The position numbers and the translations under genes are program-made. A stretch of 64,000 bases of DNA, from NCBI GenBank assembly GCA_047285805.1, contig JBJBCN010000003.1:672001-736000 (forward strand), read 5' to 3'. Under the pieces are notes generated by a model. That model worked only from the letters and a program-made list of their open reading frames with translations. It ran no database searches and was not told the DNA's origin. The DNA is from Synechococcus sp. (GTDB lineage: Bacteria; Cyanobacteriota; Cyanobacteriia; PCC-6307; Cyanobiaceae). Below are positions 51,399 through 62,505 of this stretch, one piece after another; position 1 is the first letter of the stretch, and each line of letters starts with the position of its first letter.

Positions 51399-52748
51399 AT
51401 GCCCTCCGACACGATCGCTGCCGTCGCTACCGCCGTCGCCGCCGGCGAGGGCAGCGTTTCAATCGTGCGCATCTCCGGGCCCGAGGCCGAAGCCATTGGA
51501 GCGCGTTTGTTTGAAGCGCCCGGCCAGCAGGTCTGGGAGAGCCACCGCGTGCTCTTCGGCCATGTGCGCGATCCCGGCAGCGGTGAGCGGGTGGATGAAG
51601 CGCTGCTGATCTTGATGCTCGCGCCCCGCAGCTTCACCCGCGAGACCGTCGTTGAGCTGCATTGCCATGGCGGGCTGATTTCCGTGCAGCGCGTCCTCGA
51701 GCTGGTGCTGGCCGCCGGGGCTCGACGCGCCTTGCCCGGTGAATTCAGCCAACGGGCCTTCCTCAACGGTCGGCTGGATCTCACCCGCGCTGAGGCCATC
51801 AGTGAGTTGGTGACGGCCCGTAGCCGGCGAGCCGCCCAGCTGGCGATGGCCGGTCTAGATGGTGGTCTTGAGCGTCAGATCAGTTCCCTCCGCCTGCGCC
51901 TGCTGGATCAGCTGGCAGAGCTGGAGGCGCGGGTGGATTTCGAAGACGACCTGCCGCCCTTGGATGGCGACGCGGTGGCCTCTGAATTGCGGGCTGTGCG
52001 CACCGCACTGTTGGAGCTGGTGGCGGACGGTGAGCGCGGTCAACTCCTGCGGGAGGGCCTCAAGGTGGCGATCGTGGGTCGCCCGAATGTCGGCAAGAGC
52101 AGCCTGCTCAACCTGCTCAGCCGCAGCGATCGCGCCATCGTCACCGACCTGCCTGGCACCACCCGCGATCTGGTGGAGAGCGAGTTGGTGCTCAAGGGCG
52201 TCCCCTTGACCCTGCTGGATACCGCCGGGATCCGTGACACCGAGGACCGCGTCGAGCAGATCGGCATCGAACGCAGTCGCTGCGCCCTGCAGGCTGCGGA
52301 CGTGGTGCTGCTCTTGTTTGACCTGGTCCAGGGTTGGTTGGCCGAGGACCAGGCATTGCTGGAGTCCCTCCCGCCAGGCATCCCCCATCTGTTGGTGGCC
52401 AATAAGGCGGACCAGGCGGCAGCGGAGCCGCCCGCCCACGCCGATGTATGCATCAGTGCCCTGACAGGTGCCGGTCATGGGGAGTTGGTTGATCGTCTGC
52501 TGCAGCGCTGCGGCCACGGCGGTGAGCAGGGGCTACAGGTGGCCCTGAATCAACGGCAGCTGGACCTGGCGGTTTCCGCGGCGGCGAGCTTGCAGCGCAC
52601 CCTGGAGGCCGGTGAGCAGCAGTTGCCCTGGGATTTTTGGACGATTGATCTGCGGGCGGCCGTGCGCTCCCTCGGGGAGATCACCGGTGCGGAGGTCACC
52701 GAGGCGGTGCTCGATCGGATCTTCTCCCGCTTCTGCATCGGCAAATAA
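51399..52748 (+). CDS. mnmE: tRNA modification GTPase MnmE
   Basis: GRPNVGKS, GTTRD, DTAG, NKAD, C-terminal FCIGK. Confidence 0.97.
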   Translation: MPSDTIAAVATAVAAGEGSVSIVRISGPEAEAIGARLFEAPGQQVWESHRVLFGHVRDPGSGERVDEALLILMLAPRSFTRETVVELHCHGGLISVQRVLELVLAAGARRALPGEFSQRAFLNGRLDLTRAEAISELVTARSRRAAQLAMAGLDGGLERQISSLRLRLLDQLAELEARVDFEDDLPPLDGDAVASELRAVRTALLELVADGERGQLLREGLKVAIVGRPNVGKSSLLNLLSRSDRAIVTDLPGTTRDLVESELVLKGVPLTLLDTAGIRDTEDRVEQIGIERSRCALQAADVVLLLFDLVQGWLAEDQALLESLPPGIPHLLVANKADQAAAEPPAHADVCISALTGAGHGELVDRLLQRCGHGGEQGLQVALNQRQLDLAVSAAASLQRTLEAGEQQLPWDFWTIDLRAAVRSLGEITGAEVTEAVLDRIFSRFCIGK

Positions 52749-52792
52749 GGCCAGGAGCTAGGGCAAGCTGCCCTTGGGTCCTGTGAATTCAG

Positions 52793-53647
52793 ATGAGCGC
52801 CGCCTCGCTTCCCCTGACGCCAGCCCTTCGGCAGCAGCTGCGCAATTGGCTGCAGGAGGACCTGGGCCGCGGCGACCTCAGCGCCCCCGCCTTGGCCTCT
52901 GGTTGCTGCCAGGCCCACTGGATCAGCAAGGCCCCTGGGGTGTTCTGCGGCGGCTCACTCTTGGACGTTGTCTTCCGCGAGCTGGATCCGACCGCGAGCG
53001 TGGAGCTGCTGCTGGCGGACGGGGATCTGGTGAGCCCCGGGCAACGCCTGGTGAACCTGGAGGCTGAGGCGGCGGCCTTGGTGGCGGCCGAGCGCACGGC
53101 CCTGAATCTGGCGATGCACCTCTCTGGAATTGCCACGGCCACGGCCCTCCTGGTGGCCGAATTGGAGGGCAGCGGGGTCCGCTTGGCGGACACCCGTAAG
53201 ACCACCCCAGGGCTGCGGGTGCTGGAAAAGTACGCCGTGCGCTGCGGCGGTGGCGTGAACCATCGCCTCGGTGTGGACGATGCGGCGATGCTCAAGGAAA
53301 ACCACTTGGCCTGGGCCGGTGGGGTGGCCGCCGCGATCGCCGCTGTCCGCGCAGCGGCCCCCTGGCCGGCTCGCGTGATCGTGGAAGCCGAGACCGCCGC
53401 TGAGGCCCAGGCGGCGGTTGAGGCGGGAGCTGATGGGGTGTTGCTCGATGAGTTCACCTCGGAGGAGCTGCGGGACCTGGTCCCCCGCTTGCGGGCCCTG
53501 AGCCCCCGGCCGGTGGTGCTCGAGGCTTCCGGCGTGCAGCCGGATCAGCTGCGTGCCTATGGGGCTACAGGGATTGATCTGATTTCCACGAGCGCCCCGG
53601 TGACCCGCAGCAGCTGGCTGGACCTCAGCATGCGCTTCTCCAGCTGA
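52793..53647 (+). CDS. nadC: quinolinate phosphoribosyltransferase
   Basis: DTRKTTPG, NHR, KENH, EASG. Confidence 0.95.
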   Translation: MSAASLPLTPALRQQLRNWLQEDLGRGDLSAPALASGCCQAHWISKAPGVFCGGSLLDVVFRELDPTASVELLLADGDLVSPGQRLVNLEAEAAALVAAERTALNLAMHLSGIATATALLVAELEGSGVRLADTRKTTPGLRVLEKYAVRCGGGVNHRLGVDDAAMLKENHLAWAGGVAAAIAAVRAAAPWPARVIVEAETAAEAQAAVEAGADGVLLDEFTSEELRDLVPRLRALSPRPVVLEASGVQPDQLRAYGATGIDLISTSAPVTRSSWLDLSMRFSS

Positions 53648-53694
53648 GCCATTCCCGCGGAGAGGGATGATCTGAAGATCTCCCCCGCATCTCC

Positions 53695-55479
53695 ATGCTC
53701 CGCATCGCCCACTCCTTGGAGAACCAGCTGCGGGATGCGATGCAACGGGCCTTCCCCGAGGCCGCGGCGGCCGGGCAGGCCTTTGATCCCCAGCTCGCCC
53801 CGGCCAGTAAGCCGGAATTCGGGGATTTTCAGGCCAATGGTGCCTTGCCCCTGGCCAAGCCCTTGGGCCAGCCCCCCCGCAAGATCGCCGAGGCGGTGGT
53901 GGAGCAGCTAATGGCCGATGCGGCCTTCATGGCCCTTTGCCAGGACCCGCAGATTGCGGGCCCAGGTTTTATCAACATCACGCTCCAGCCCGAGCGTTTG
54001 GCGGCGGAGGTGCAGCAGCGACTTGGGGATGCCCGCCTCGGCGTTCCCGCCGTGGAGCAGGCCGCGCCGGTGGTGGTGGACTTCTCCAGCCCCAATATTG
54101 CCAAGGAGATGCACGTGGGGCACCTGCGCTCCACGATCATTGGCGACTCCCTGGCCCGTGTTCTGGAGTTCCGCGATCATCCGGTCCTGCGGCTGAACCA
54201 CGTGGGGGATTGGGGCACCCAGTTCGGGATGCTGATCACCCACCTGAAGCAGGTGGCCCCGGAAGCGCTGGAGACCGCAGATGCGGTCGATCTTGGTGAC
54301 TTGGTGGCATTTTACCGCGAGGCCAAAAAACGCTTCGATGAGGACGAGGCTTTCCAGACCACCTCACGAGAGGAGGTGGTGAAACTCCAGGGCGGTGACC
54401 CGGTCTCCCTGAAGGCCTGGGGGCTGCTCTGTGATCAGAGCCGCCGCGAGTTCCAGAAGATCTACGACCGCCTCGACATTCGCCTGAGCGAACGGGGTGA
54501 ATCCTTCTACAACCCCTATCTGGAAGGGGTCGTCCGCGACCTGGAGGCCACGGGCCTGCTCGTGGTGGATGACGGTGCGCGCTGCGTCTTTCTCGAGGGG
54601 GTGAGCGGCAAGGACGGCAAGCCCTTGCCGGTGATCGTCCAGAAGAGTGACGGCGGATTCAACTACGCCACCACCGACCTGGCGGCCATTCGTTATCGCT
54701 TTGGCTCAGCCCCGGAGGGGGACGGCGCCCGCCGGGTTGTATACGTGACAGATGCTGGCCAGGCGAACCACTTCGCGGGAGTCTTCCAGGTGGCCCGCCG
54801 GGCTGGTTGGTTGCCCGAGGGTGCGCGCTTGGAGCACGTGCCCTTTGGTTTGGTTCAAGGGGAAGACGGCAAGAAGTTAAAAACCCGTGCCGGGGATACT
54901 GTGCGCCTGCGGGATCTTTTGGATGAGGCCGTTGAGCGCTCTGAGGCGGACCTGCGTCGTCGCCTCGAGGAGGAGGGCCGCAGCGAGGACGAGGCCTTCA
55001 TCGAGCACGTCGCCACCACGGTTGGTCTGGCGGCCGTGAAGTACGCCGACCTCAGCCAGAACCGCATCACCAACTACCAGTTCAGCTTTGATCGGATGCT
55101 GGCCCTGCATGGCAACACAGCTCCCTACTTGCTTTACGCGGTGGTGCGCATTGCCGGCATCGCCCGTAAAGGCGGGGACCTGGATACGGCCGCGATTGGG
55201 CCACTTCAGTTCAATGAGCCCAAGGAATGGGCCCTGGTGCGGGAGTTGCTCAAGTTCGATGCCGTGGTCGCCGAGGTCGAGGAGGAGCTGCTGCCCAATC
55301 GTCTCTGCACCTATTTGTTTGAGCTCTCCCAGGTGTTCAACCGCTTCTACGACCAGGTGCCCGTGCTCAAGGCTGACCCAGACTCTCTTCCCTCCCGTCT
55401 CGCCCTTTGCCGTCTCACCGCCGACACCCTCAAACTGGGGTTGGGTCTGTTGGGCATCCCAACGCTGGATCGGATGTGA
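53695..55479 (+). CDS. argS: arginine--tRNA ligase
   Basis: [33 protein letters not shown]. Confidence 0.98.
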   Translation: MLRIAHSLENQLRDAMQRAFPEAAAAGQAFDPQLAPASKPEFGDFQANGALPLAKPLGQPPRKIAEAVVEQLMADAAFMALCQDPQIAGPGFINITLQPERLAAEVQQRLGDARLGVPAVEQAAPVVVDFSSPNIAKEMHVGHLRSTIIGDSLARVLEFRDHPVLRLNHVGDWGTQFGMLITHLKQVAPEALETADAVDLGDLVAFYREAKKRFDEDEAFQTTSREEVVKLQGGDPVSLKAWGLLCDQSRREFQKIYDRLDIRLSERGESFYNPYLEGVVRDLEATGLLVVDDGARCVFLEGVSGKDGKPLPVIVQKSDGGFNYATTDLAAIRYRFGSAPEGDGARRVVYVTDAGQANHFAGVFQVARRAGWLPEGARLEHVPFGLVQGEDGKKLKTRAGDTVRLRDLLDEAVERSEADLRRRLEEEGRSEDEAFIEHVATTVGLAAVKYADLSQNRITNYQFSFDRMLALHGNTAPYLLYAVVRIAGIARKGGDLDTAAIGPLQFNEPKEWALVRELLKFDAVVAEVEEELLPNRLCTYLFELSQVFNRFYDQVPVLKADPDSLPSRLALCRLTADTLKLGLGLLGIPTLDRM

Positions 55480-56567
55480 TGGAGCAAGCGTGGCCACCGG
55501 CTCGCCCTGAAGTGGAGAGCCTCCATGCCTACAGCGCTCCCCTGGAGGGACGCCGGTCGTTGCTGCGACTCGACTTCAACGAAAACACCGTCGGCCCCAG
55601 CCCCTGCGTTGTCGAGGCGCTGCGAGCCATCCCTGCTGATCAGATCGGGATTTACCCCGAGTACGACGGCCTGCGGGAAGCCGTCGTCGCCAACCTGGGA
55701 CTGCCGCTACAGCCCGAGCAAGTCGGACTGTTCAACGGTGTCGATGCGGCCATCCACGCCGTCTTTCACTCCTATGGCGACCGCGGGGAGACGTTGCTCA
55801 CCACGTCGCCGACCTTTGGCTACTACACGCCCTGCGCTCAGATGCAGGGGATGACGATCGAGGCGGTTCCCTATGTGGGGGAGGCCTTTGACTTTCCGCT
55901 GGAGACGATTCGCGAGCGCCTGAAGGCCCTAAAGCCCCGACTGCTCCTGATCTGTAATCCGAACAACCCCACCGGGACCCGCCTCGCTCCAGATGTCATC
56001 TGCGAGCTCGCTGCCGCAGCACCATCGACGTTGGTGGTGGTGGATGAGCTCTACGAGGCCTTCACAGGCGACAGCGTTCTCCCCAGTGCCGACTTCGCAG
56101 CCACGTCGAATCTGCTGGTGCTGCGCTCGCTGGCCAAAACCGCCGGTTTGGCTGGGTTGCGCATCGGCTTTGCCATGGGGCACGCCGCCGTGGTCGATCG
56201 CGTCAGCCGGGTCACGGGGCCCTACGACATCAACAGTTTTGCGGTGACGGCGGCCTTCGCAGCTCTGAAGGATCAGGCATACGTGGATGCCTACGTCCAG
56301 CAGGTCCTCCAGGCCAGAACCTGGTTGGCGGAGACGCTCCAGGCCGCAGGTGTTCGACACCACATCGATGGCGGGAACTACCTGCTGGTCTGGCCCAAGG
56401 CTGATCCGGCGCTGATCGATCAGGGGCTTCGTCAGGCCGGGATTCTGGTGCGGGCCATGACCGGTAAGCGATTGATTGATGGCTCGCTGCGGGTCAGCCT
56501 GGGCACCACGGCGCAGATGCAGCAGTTCTGGGCGGCCTATGCGGCCCTCGATGGGCTCGCGACTTAG
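55479..56567 (+). CDS. hisC: histidinol-phosphate aminotransferase family protein
   Basis: LDFNEN, NPNNPTG, DELY, RSLAKTAGLAGLRIG. Confidence 0.85.
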   Translation: MEQAWPPARPEVESLHAYSAPLEGRRSLLRLDFNENTVGPSPCVVEALRAIPADQIGIYPEYDGLREAVVANLGLPLQPEQVGLFNGVDAAIHAVFHSYGDRGETLLTTSPTFGYYTPCAQMQGMTIEAVPYVGEAFDFPLETIRERLKALKPRLLLICNPNNPTGTRLAPDVICELAAAAPSTLVVVDELYEAFTGDSVLPSADFAATSNLLVLRSLAKTAGLAGLRIGFAMGHAAVVDRVSRVTGPYDINSFAVTAAFAALKDQAYVDAYVQQVLQARTWLAETLQAAGVRHHIDGGNYLLVWPKADPALIDQGLRQAGILVRAMTGKRLIDGSLRVSLGTTAQMQQFWAAYAALDGLAT

Positions 56568-57274
56568 CGCATCACATCGATTTGGGTGCCCTCACCGAGC
56601 TGGCCGGGCAGGCTCAGCACGCGGCCGACCCGTTTGACGCTGGTGCCCTTCATGGCCTCGAGGAAGGGTTCAACGCTGCTTTGGTCGCAGTTCGCCGGGG
56701 TCTTGCCGCTGACGTACTGAACTGGGATGACCCGTTTGGGTGCCAGCTCGCGCACCACCGCCGCGGCTTCCGCGCCGTCGTAAACCTTCGCGCCACCGCC
56801 AACACCGAGGATCAGCACGTCGGGCTTGCCAAGCAGCACCCGATCTTCCGGAGTCAGCTTGGCGGCCGTGCCCCCCAGGTGGGCAAAGGTCAGGCCCCCC
56901 TGGCGCCAGCGCCAGAGGGTGGCTTGTCCAAACCGACGTCCGCCGAAGCGGTCATGGGGTGCCGAGATGCCTTCGATCTTGAGGCCGGCCAGGCGGTAGG
57001 AGCCGGGTTGGCTTAGAAACTTGCCGCTGGCCACAGGGGCCCCTTCATCTAGCAGCAGGCTGCTGGCCAGGATCACGTTGGCTTTGACCTTGGGTTCCGC
57101 CAGTCCCGCGGCGCAGGCCACGGCCTTGAAAGGGTTGATCAGAACCTTGGCTCCACCGCCTCGGATCATGAGGGCGCTGTGGCCGTAGCTGGTGATCGTC
57201 ACACCGGTGCCGGCGCTTGCCGCCAAGGGGAGAGCGACGGCTGCGGCAGCCAGGGTGCGGATCAGCAGGGCCAT
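56564..57274 (-). CDS. MBL-fold protein with signal-like N-terminus
   Basis: ITSYGHSA, HD, AHLG, PDVLI, VIPVQY. Confidence 0.85.
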   Translation of the reverse strand: MALLIRTLAAAAVALPLAASAGTGVTITSYGHSALMIRGGGAKVLINPFKAVACAAGLAEPKVKANVILASSLLLDEGAPVASGKFLSQPGSYRLAGLKIEGISAPHDRFGGRRFGQATLWRWRQGGLTFAHLGGTAAKLTPEDRVLLGKPDVLILGVGGGAKVYDGAEAAAVVRELAPKRVIPVQYVSGKTPANCDQSSVEPFLEAMKGTSVKRVGRVLSLPGQLGEGTQIDVMR

Positions 57275-57299
57275 GGAGCAGCTGGAGTTGGGCCGAACG

Positions 57300-57896
57300 T
57301 TAGCCGGCTGCCGCTTGGGCCAGGAAATTCCCCAGCAGCTGATGACCGCTCTGGGTGAGCACGCTTTCCGGGTGGAATTGCACCCCCTGTAGGTGGGTAA
57401 ATTCCCTGTGACGCAGGCCCATGATCGTGCCGTCATCCAGCCAGGCCGTTATCTCCAAGCAGTCCGGCAGGGACTCCCGCTCGGCGATCAGGCTGTGATA
57501 GCGGGTGGCCGTCAGCGGGTTGGGCAGGCCGGCGAAGACGCCAGCTCCCTCATGGAGCACCGGAGAGGTCTTGCCGTGCATCAGTTCCTTTGCCCGGATC
57601 ACCTTGCCGCCATAGACCTGGGCGATGGATTGATGGCCGAGGCAAACCCCCAGGGTGGGGATGGTGGGGCTCAGTCCCCGCAGGACCTCGAGGCAGACGC
57701 CGGATTGATCAGGATCGCCAGGACCCGGTGAAATCAACATCGCGTCCGGATTCAGCGCCCGGATCTGCTCCAGCGTGAGGGCGTCATTTCGCTCTACCCG
57801 CAGGTCCTCGGTGATCGGGTGGTCGGCCGCCAGTTCACCCAGGTACTGCACCAGGTTGAAGGTGAAGCTGTCGTAGTTGTCGAGAACGAGAAGCAT
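57300..57896 (-). CDS. anthranilate/aminodeoxychorismate synthase component II (TrpG/PabA)
   Basis: DNYDSFT, SPGPG, GVCLGHQ, RYHSL, QFHPES. Confidence 0.95.
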   Translation of the reverse strand: MLLVLDNYDSFTFNLVQYLGELAADHPITEDLRVERNDALTLEQIRALNPDAMLISPGPGDPDQSGVCLEVLRGLSPTIPTLGVCLGHQSIAQVYGGKVIRAKELMHGKTSPVLHEGAGVFAGLPNPLTATRYHSLIAERESLPDCLEITAWLDDGTIMGLRHREFTHLQGVQFHPESVLTQSGHQLLGNFLAQAAAG

Positions 57897-57919
57897 CAGC
57901 CCTGCAGCCAGGGAACCAT

Positions 57920-58384
57920 TCAAACGCCCAGACGGACCAAGAGGGCGGGGAAGATCAGGAGCGCTGCAATCACTACGGAACTGAGGGCGGCCACCAAGAC
58001 CGCTGCGGCAGCGCAATCCTTCGCGATGCGTGCCAGGGGGTGGAACTGCCGGCCGATCGCGAGATCCACCACCGCTTCGGTGGCGGTATTGATCAGCTCC
58101 AGCACCAGGACCGCGGCCACGGTTAAGACCAGGACGGCCAACTGCGGCAAGGGCAGCTGCAGCCAGAGGCCCAGGCCAAAGACGCAGACCCCGGTCACCA
58201 CGTGGATGCGGAAATTGCGCTGGCTGCGGAAGCCGTAGATCAGACCCTGGGCCGCATAGCGAAAACTCGCGGGCAGATTGTTGGCCACTTGCCAGGCTCC
58301 AAGTCTCCTCACCTTGCTGGCTGACTCAGCCGTTTGCTGGAGGCTGGGTCTGGCGTTCGGGGTGGATTCCTTGGGTTGGAGCAT
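57920..58384 (-). CDS. dgkA: diacylglycerol/undecaprenol kinase family protein
   Basis: [33 protein letters not shown]. Confidence 0.88.
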   Translation of the reverse strand: MLQPKESTPNARPSLQQTAESASKVRRLGAWQVANNLPASFRYAAQGLIYGFRSQRNFRIHVVTGVCVFGLGLWLQLPLPQLAVLVLTVAAVLVLELINTATEAVVDLAIGRQFHPLARIAKDCAAAAVLVAALSSVVIAALLIFPALLVRLGV

Positions 58385-58435
58385 CGGCAAAGGCGCCAAG
58401 CGCAGGCCTTTGGCCGCACCCTACCGCTGCTGGAT

Positions 58436-58984
58436 TCAGTCGAGAAGCTGCTGCTGCCGCTGCAGCATCGCTTCGAGGCTGGCGTCGTCGGGGTGATCCC
58501 ACCCCAGCAGATGGAGCAAGCCATGGGTGGCCAGGAACAGCAGTTCATCCCGCAGGCTGTGCTGGTGCTCCGGGGCCTGACGGGCGGCAGTCTCGATCGA
58601 GATCACGATGTCGCCCAGCTCCAGGCCATCGAGCAGTCCGTCCTCTACGTCGAAGTCCGGTATCGGGATGGCGGGGGCATCGTCGAGGCCATCGTCCTGG
58701 GCGGCGAAGGCCAGCACGTCCGTCGGCCCGGCTTTGTCTCGCCAATCACTGTTGAGGGCTGCGATCTCCTCATCGCAGACCAGGCTCAGGCCCAGGCTGT
58801 AGGCCGGAGCCAGTAGGGACTCAGGCAGTTCGGCGCTGAGTTGGGCCAACCAGCCACTGATCAGCCCATGCCACGGTTCAATGCCGCTGATCGGATCACA
58901 GAGGTCAGCGGCGTCCTGGACCAGGGTCTCCGGTAGATCCTCCGCGGCCTCAAAGGCCAAGTCGAGATCCGGGTCCGTCGTCAT
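58436..58984 (-). CDS. ybeY: rRNA maturation RNase YbeY
   Basis: PTDVLAF, LGDIVIS, HGLLHLLGWDH. Confidence 0.95.
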   Translation of the reverse strand: MTTDPDLDLAFEAAEDLPETLVQDAADLCDPISGIEPWHGLISGWLAQLSAELPESLLAPAYSLGLSLVCDEEIAALNSDWRDKAGPTDVLAFAAQDDGLDDAPAIPIPDFDVEDGLLDGLELGDIVISIETAARQAPEHQHSLRDELLFLATHGLLHLLGWDHPDDASLEAMLQRQQQLLD

Positions 58985-58988
58985 CGCC

Positions 58989-59168
58989 TCAGGCTCCAGG
59001 CAGTTGGGGTTTGCCTAGCCAGGCCACCAGGAGGATGAAGCCGAGGAAGCCCAGGCCGGTCAAGCCGAAATGGAACATGCTCAGCTTCCCTTTCCGCACC
59101 ATGTTGCGCATCGCCAGTTTCGTGAAACTGGGGTTCTCGCCCGAGGGTGGCGTTGAGGGATCAGTCAT
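58989..59168 (-). CDS. small membrane protein, DUF3285-like
   Basis: [15 protein letters not shown]...HFGLT plus one TM helix. Confidence 0.75.
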   Translation of the reverse strand: MTDPSTPPSGENPSFTKLAMRNMVRKGKLSMFHFGLTGLGFLGFILLVAWLGKPQLPGA

Positions 59169-60289
59169 CGCTGCTGGCTCCTGCGACTTCGACGCTGGCA
59201 TGCAGCAGGCTTTGGATGAAGGGATCGAGATCCCCATCCATCACCCCTTGCACGTCGGTGGTTTCGTGCTGGGTGCGCAGGTCTTTCACCATTTGGTACG
59301 GGTGGAAGACGTAATTCCGGATTTGATTGCCCCAGGCGGCTTCAACGATGTCGCCGCGGATGTCGGCAATCTCAGCGGCCCGCTGCTCTTGGGCGATCAC
59401 CAGCAGCTTGGCCATCAGCAGGGCCATCGCCTTTTCCTTGTTCTGGAGCTGGGAGCGCTCCTGGGTGCAGCGCACGAACAGGCCGGTCGGAATGTGGAGG
59501 ATCCGCACAGCGGTCTCCACCTTGTTCACGTTCTGACCGCCGGCGCCGCCGGAGCGGGACGTGGTGATCTCCAGGTCCTTTTCGGGGATGTCCAGCTTCA
59601 CCTCCTCCTCGATCTTTGGCATCACCTCCACGCCCGCGAAGCTGGTTTGGCGCTTGTCGTTGGCGTTGAACGGGGAGATGCGCACCAGCCGGTGCGTGCC
59701 CTTCTCGTTGCGCAGATAGCCGTAGGCGTAGCGGCCCTCGATTTCGATCGTGCAGCTCTTGATGCCCGCCTCCTCCCCGTCGCTGAGTTCGTCGACGGTC
59801 ACCTTCATGCCGTGGTCTTCGGCCCAGCGGGTGTACATCCGCATCAGCATCAGTGCCCAGTCCTGGGCGTCGGTGCCGCCGGCACCGGCATTAATGCTGA
59901 TGACCGCTCCTTCCTTGTCATAGGGGCCGCTGAGCAGGCGCTCGAGTTCCCAGCGGTCCAGGTCGGCCCGCAGTTTCTTCAGGGCGGCATCCGATTCGCT
60001 GAGCAGCTCCTCGTCGGGTTCCAGGCCGTAGATCTCGACCGTGGCTTCGGCGTCGGCCACGGCGCCCTGCCATTGGGCGAGCTGCTCGAGCTGAGCCTTC
60101 ACCTCGTCCAGTTGGCGCATCTTGGCTTGCGCCTGTTTCTGGTCATCCCAGAAGTCGGGCTGGGAGGCCAGTTGCTCGAGGTCCTGTTGCCGTGCGTTCA
60201 GTGCAGCGACGTCAAAGACAGTCCTGGGCATTGCCCAGGCGGTCAGTGAGCTCGGAGAGATCGCGCTTGAAGTCGGTGAGGTCGAGCAC
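59161..60289 (-). CDS. prfB: peptide chain release factor 2 (programmed +1 frameshift)
   Basis: GTG 60289 gives [25 protein letters not shown], then CTT-TGA-C at 60217-60211; the second frame has SPF and GGQ motifs. Confidence 0.97.
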
Positions 60290-60405
60290 CGGGCAGGAAG
60301 GAACTTGGTTTGACCGTATCAGTGCAGCTCGAGCGCAGGGCGGCTTCCCGTCCAAGCCCCTCAAATCTCGCTTCTAGGATTTCCCCATACTTGAGAATTG
60401 GCGCG

Positions 60406-60663
60406 ATGCCGACGGTTGAGATCTACACCTGGCGCGCCTGTCCGTTTTGCATCCGCGCTAAGGCCCTCCTGGACCGCAAAGGGTTGACCTACACCGAGTA
60501 CGCCATCGATGGCGATCAGGCCGCTCGCCAGGCGATGTCCGAGAAGGCGGGTGGGCGCACCAGTGTTCCTCAGACTTTTATTGATAGTCAGCACGTGGGT
60601 GGGTGTGATGATCTCTATGCGTTGGAGCGCAGCGGTCAGCTCGATGCCCTGCTGGGAGCCTGA
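60406..60663 (+). CDS. grxC: glutaredoxin 3
   Basis: CPFC, SVPQ, GGCDD. Confidence 0.95.
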   Translation: MPTVEIYTWRACPFCIRAKALLDRKGLTYTEYAIDGDQAARQAMSEKAGGRTSVPQTFIDSQHVGGCDDLYALERSGQLDALLGA

Positions 60664-60665
60664 GC

Positions 60666-61649
60666 TTGAGCGCGCTCACTAGCGATCTGCCCGCCCAGTT
60701 GTTCGTGATAGATCCCATCGCGCGGCTGCGTCCCACCAAGGACTCCAGCGTTGCCCTGATGCAGGCGGCCCAGCGGACTGGTCATCAGGTCTGGGTCTGC
60801 ACGCCGGCTCAACTCTCCGTTCAAGGTCAAAGCACCTTGGTGCTGGCCCAGCCGATCCGTTTGGCTGAGATCCTCCCGACGGCCAGCGGTTGGGATTTGC
60901 CGGAGCGTTGGTTCGAAGCCGATGAACCCCGCTGGCTTCCCCTGTGTAGCTTCCCCCTGGTCTGGATGCGGAAGGATCCGCCGGTGGATGAGGCCTACCT
61001 CTACGCCACCCATCTGCTGGAGCTGGCCGAGCGTCATGGGGTGCGGGTGCTGAATCGCCCCGCGTCTCTGCGGGCCTGGAACGAAAAGCTTGGTGCCCTG
61101 CGCTGGAGCCATTTGATGGCCCCCAGCCTGGTCAGTGCGGATGTCGAGCAGTTGGCGGCCTTCGCCGCGGAGCACGGTGATGTCGTGCTGAAACCCCTGG
61201 GTGGCCGGGCCGGCCAGGGGGTCGTGCGCAGCCATGGGGAAGCCCCCGGGTTGAAGGCCCTGCTGGAACTGGTAACGGCCCAGCAGGGCTTGCCGGTGAT
61301 GGTGCAAGCGTTTTTGCCGGCGGTGACCGAGGGCGATAAGCGCATCCTGCTGGTGGACGGGGAGCCCCTTGGAGCGGTGAACCGGATGCCGGCAGCTGGG
61401 GAGTTCCGCAGCAACTTGGCGGTCGGTGGCTCACCTCAGGCCACCGAATTGACGGATCAGGAGCGTCAGATCTGTGCCGAGTTGACCTCGTCCCTGCGCG
61501 CCGAAGGGTTGTTCTTTGTGGGCATCGATGTCATCGATGGACGCCTGAGTGAGATCAATGTCACCAGCCCCACCGGGGTGCGTGAGGTTGAGCGTCTGAG
61601 CGGCATCCCCTTGGCCGATCAGGCCATGGAGCGTCTGTTAGCCGGGTAG
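60666..61649 (+). CDS. gshB: glutathione synthetase
   Basis: [31 protein letters not shown]. Confidence 0.96.
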   Translation: MSALTSDLPAQLFVIDPIARLRPTKDSSVALMQAAQRTGHQVWVCTPAQLSVQGQSTLVLAQPIRLAEILPTASGWDLPERWFEADEPRWLPLCSFPLVWMRKDPPVDEAYLYATHLLELAERHGVRVLNRPASLRAWNEKLGALRWSHLMAPSLVSADVEQLAAFAAEHGDVVLKPLGGRAGQGVVRSHGEAPGLKALLELVTAQQGLPVMVQAFLPAVTEGDKRILLVDGEPLGAVNRMPAAGEFRSNLAVGGSPQATELTDQERQICAELTSSLRAEGLFFVGIDVIDGRLSEINVTSPTGVREVERLSGIPLADQAMERLLAG

Positions 61650-62505
61650 TGCCGCCCCGCAGTTGTCCCAGAACTGGGCTTCAGCCCTGTGGCATTTGGC
61701 GTTCCAGTGCCCGCAGCTCCGGTGGACGAGGGTCGTTTGAAGCCGCTGCATTTGTTGGAATTTGGCGCCGACGATTCCCGTTGGCAGGGCAATGATGCTG
61801 TAGCCCAGCAGCATCACCAGCGCAGCCACCAGGCGACCGAAGGGGGTTACGGGAGTGACATCGCCGTAGCCAACCGTGGTGATCGTCACCACGGCCCAAT
61901 AGATCCGAATCGGGATGCTGCTGAAGCCGCTTTCAGGACCTTCGATCACGTACATCAAGGTGCCAATCAGCACCACTAGAGCGACGATCGTCAGCAAGAA
62001 CACTCTGATCTTGCAGTGGCTCCGCACCAATGCTTGGCGCAGTTGATTGGCTTCGTTGAGATAGGCCTCCAACTTCAGGATCCGGAACATACGCAACAGC
62101 CGTAGCACGCGGATGATCAGAAACGATTGGAGTAGGGGAACCCCAATGGTTAGCGGGGGGGGAATGCTTGAGCAGATCCACCAAGCCAAAGAAGCTGCGC
62201 CCTTAGCGCAGGGGCGCGCGGCTGCGCTAAGGGCGCAGCAGGTACTCCAGGCTGAAAAGGGTGGAGAAGACTCGCTCGGTGCCGCTGAACCAGGGACCAA
62301 AGCGACGTCCAAGGGGGGCATCGCTCTCCAGCTCCACCAGCAGGACGCTCAGGCTGATGCCAATAAGGAGGCCGAGGTCGAAGGATTTGCCGGCGGGGGT
62401 GTCCGATTCGAAGATCACCTGCTCGAGCCGGGTCTTGCCGAGCCATTGCCGCAGGCCGAGGGCAAATATGACTGTCCCCACCCCCAGGCCTGCCCCCGGC
62501 TGCAT
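61638..62505 (-). pseudogene. disrupted voltage-gated K+ channel / ion transporter gene
   Basis: IFESDTPAGKSFD N-terminus, S4-like IRVLRLLRMFRILKL, filter TTVGYGD; two in-frame stops (LLRP*RSRAPLR*GRSFFG) and a frameshift near 62170. Confidence 0.88.
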
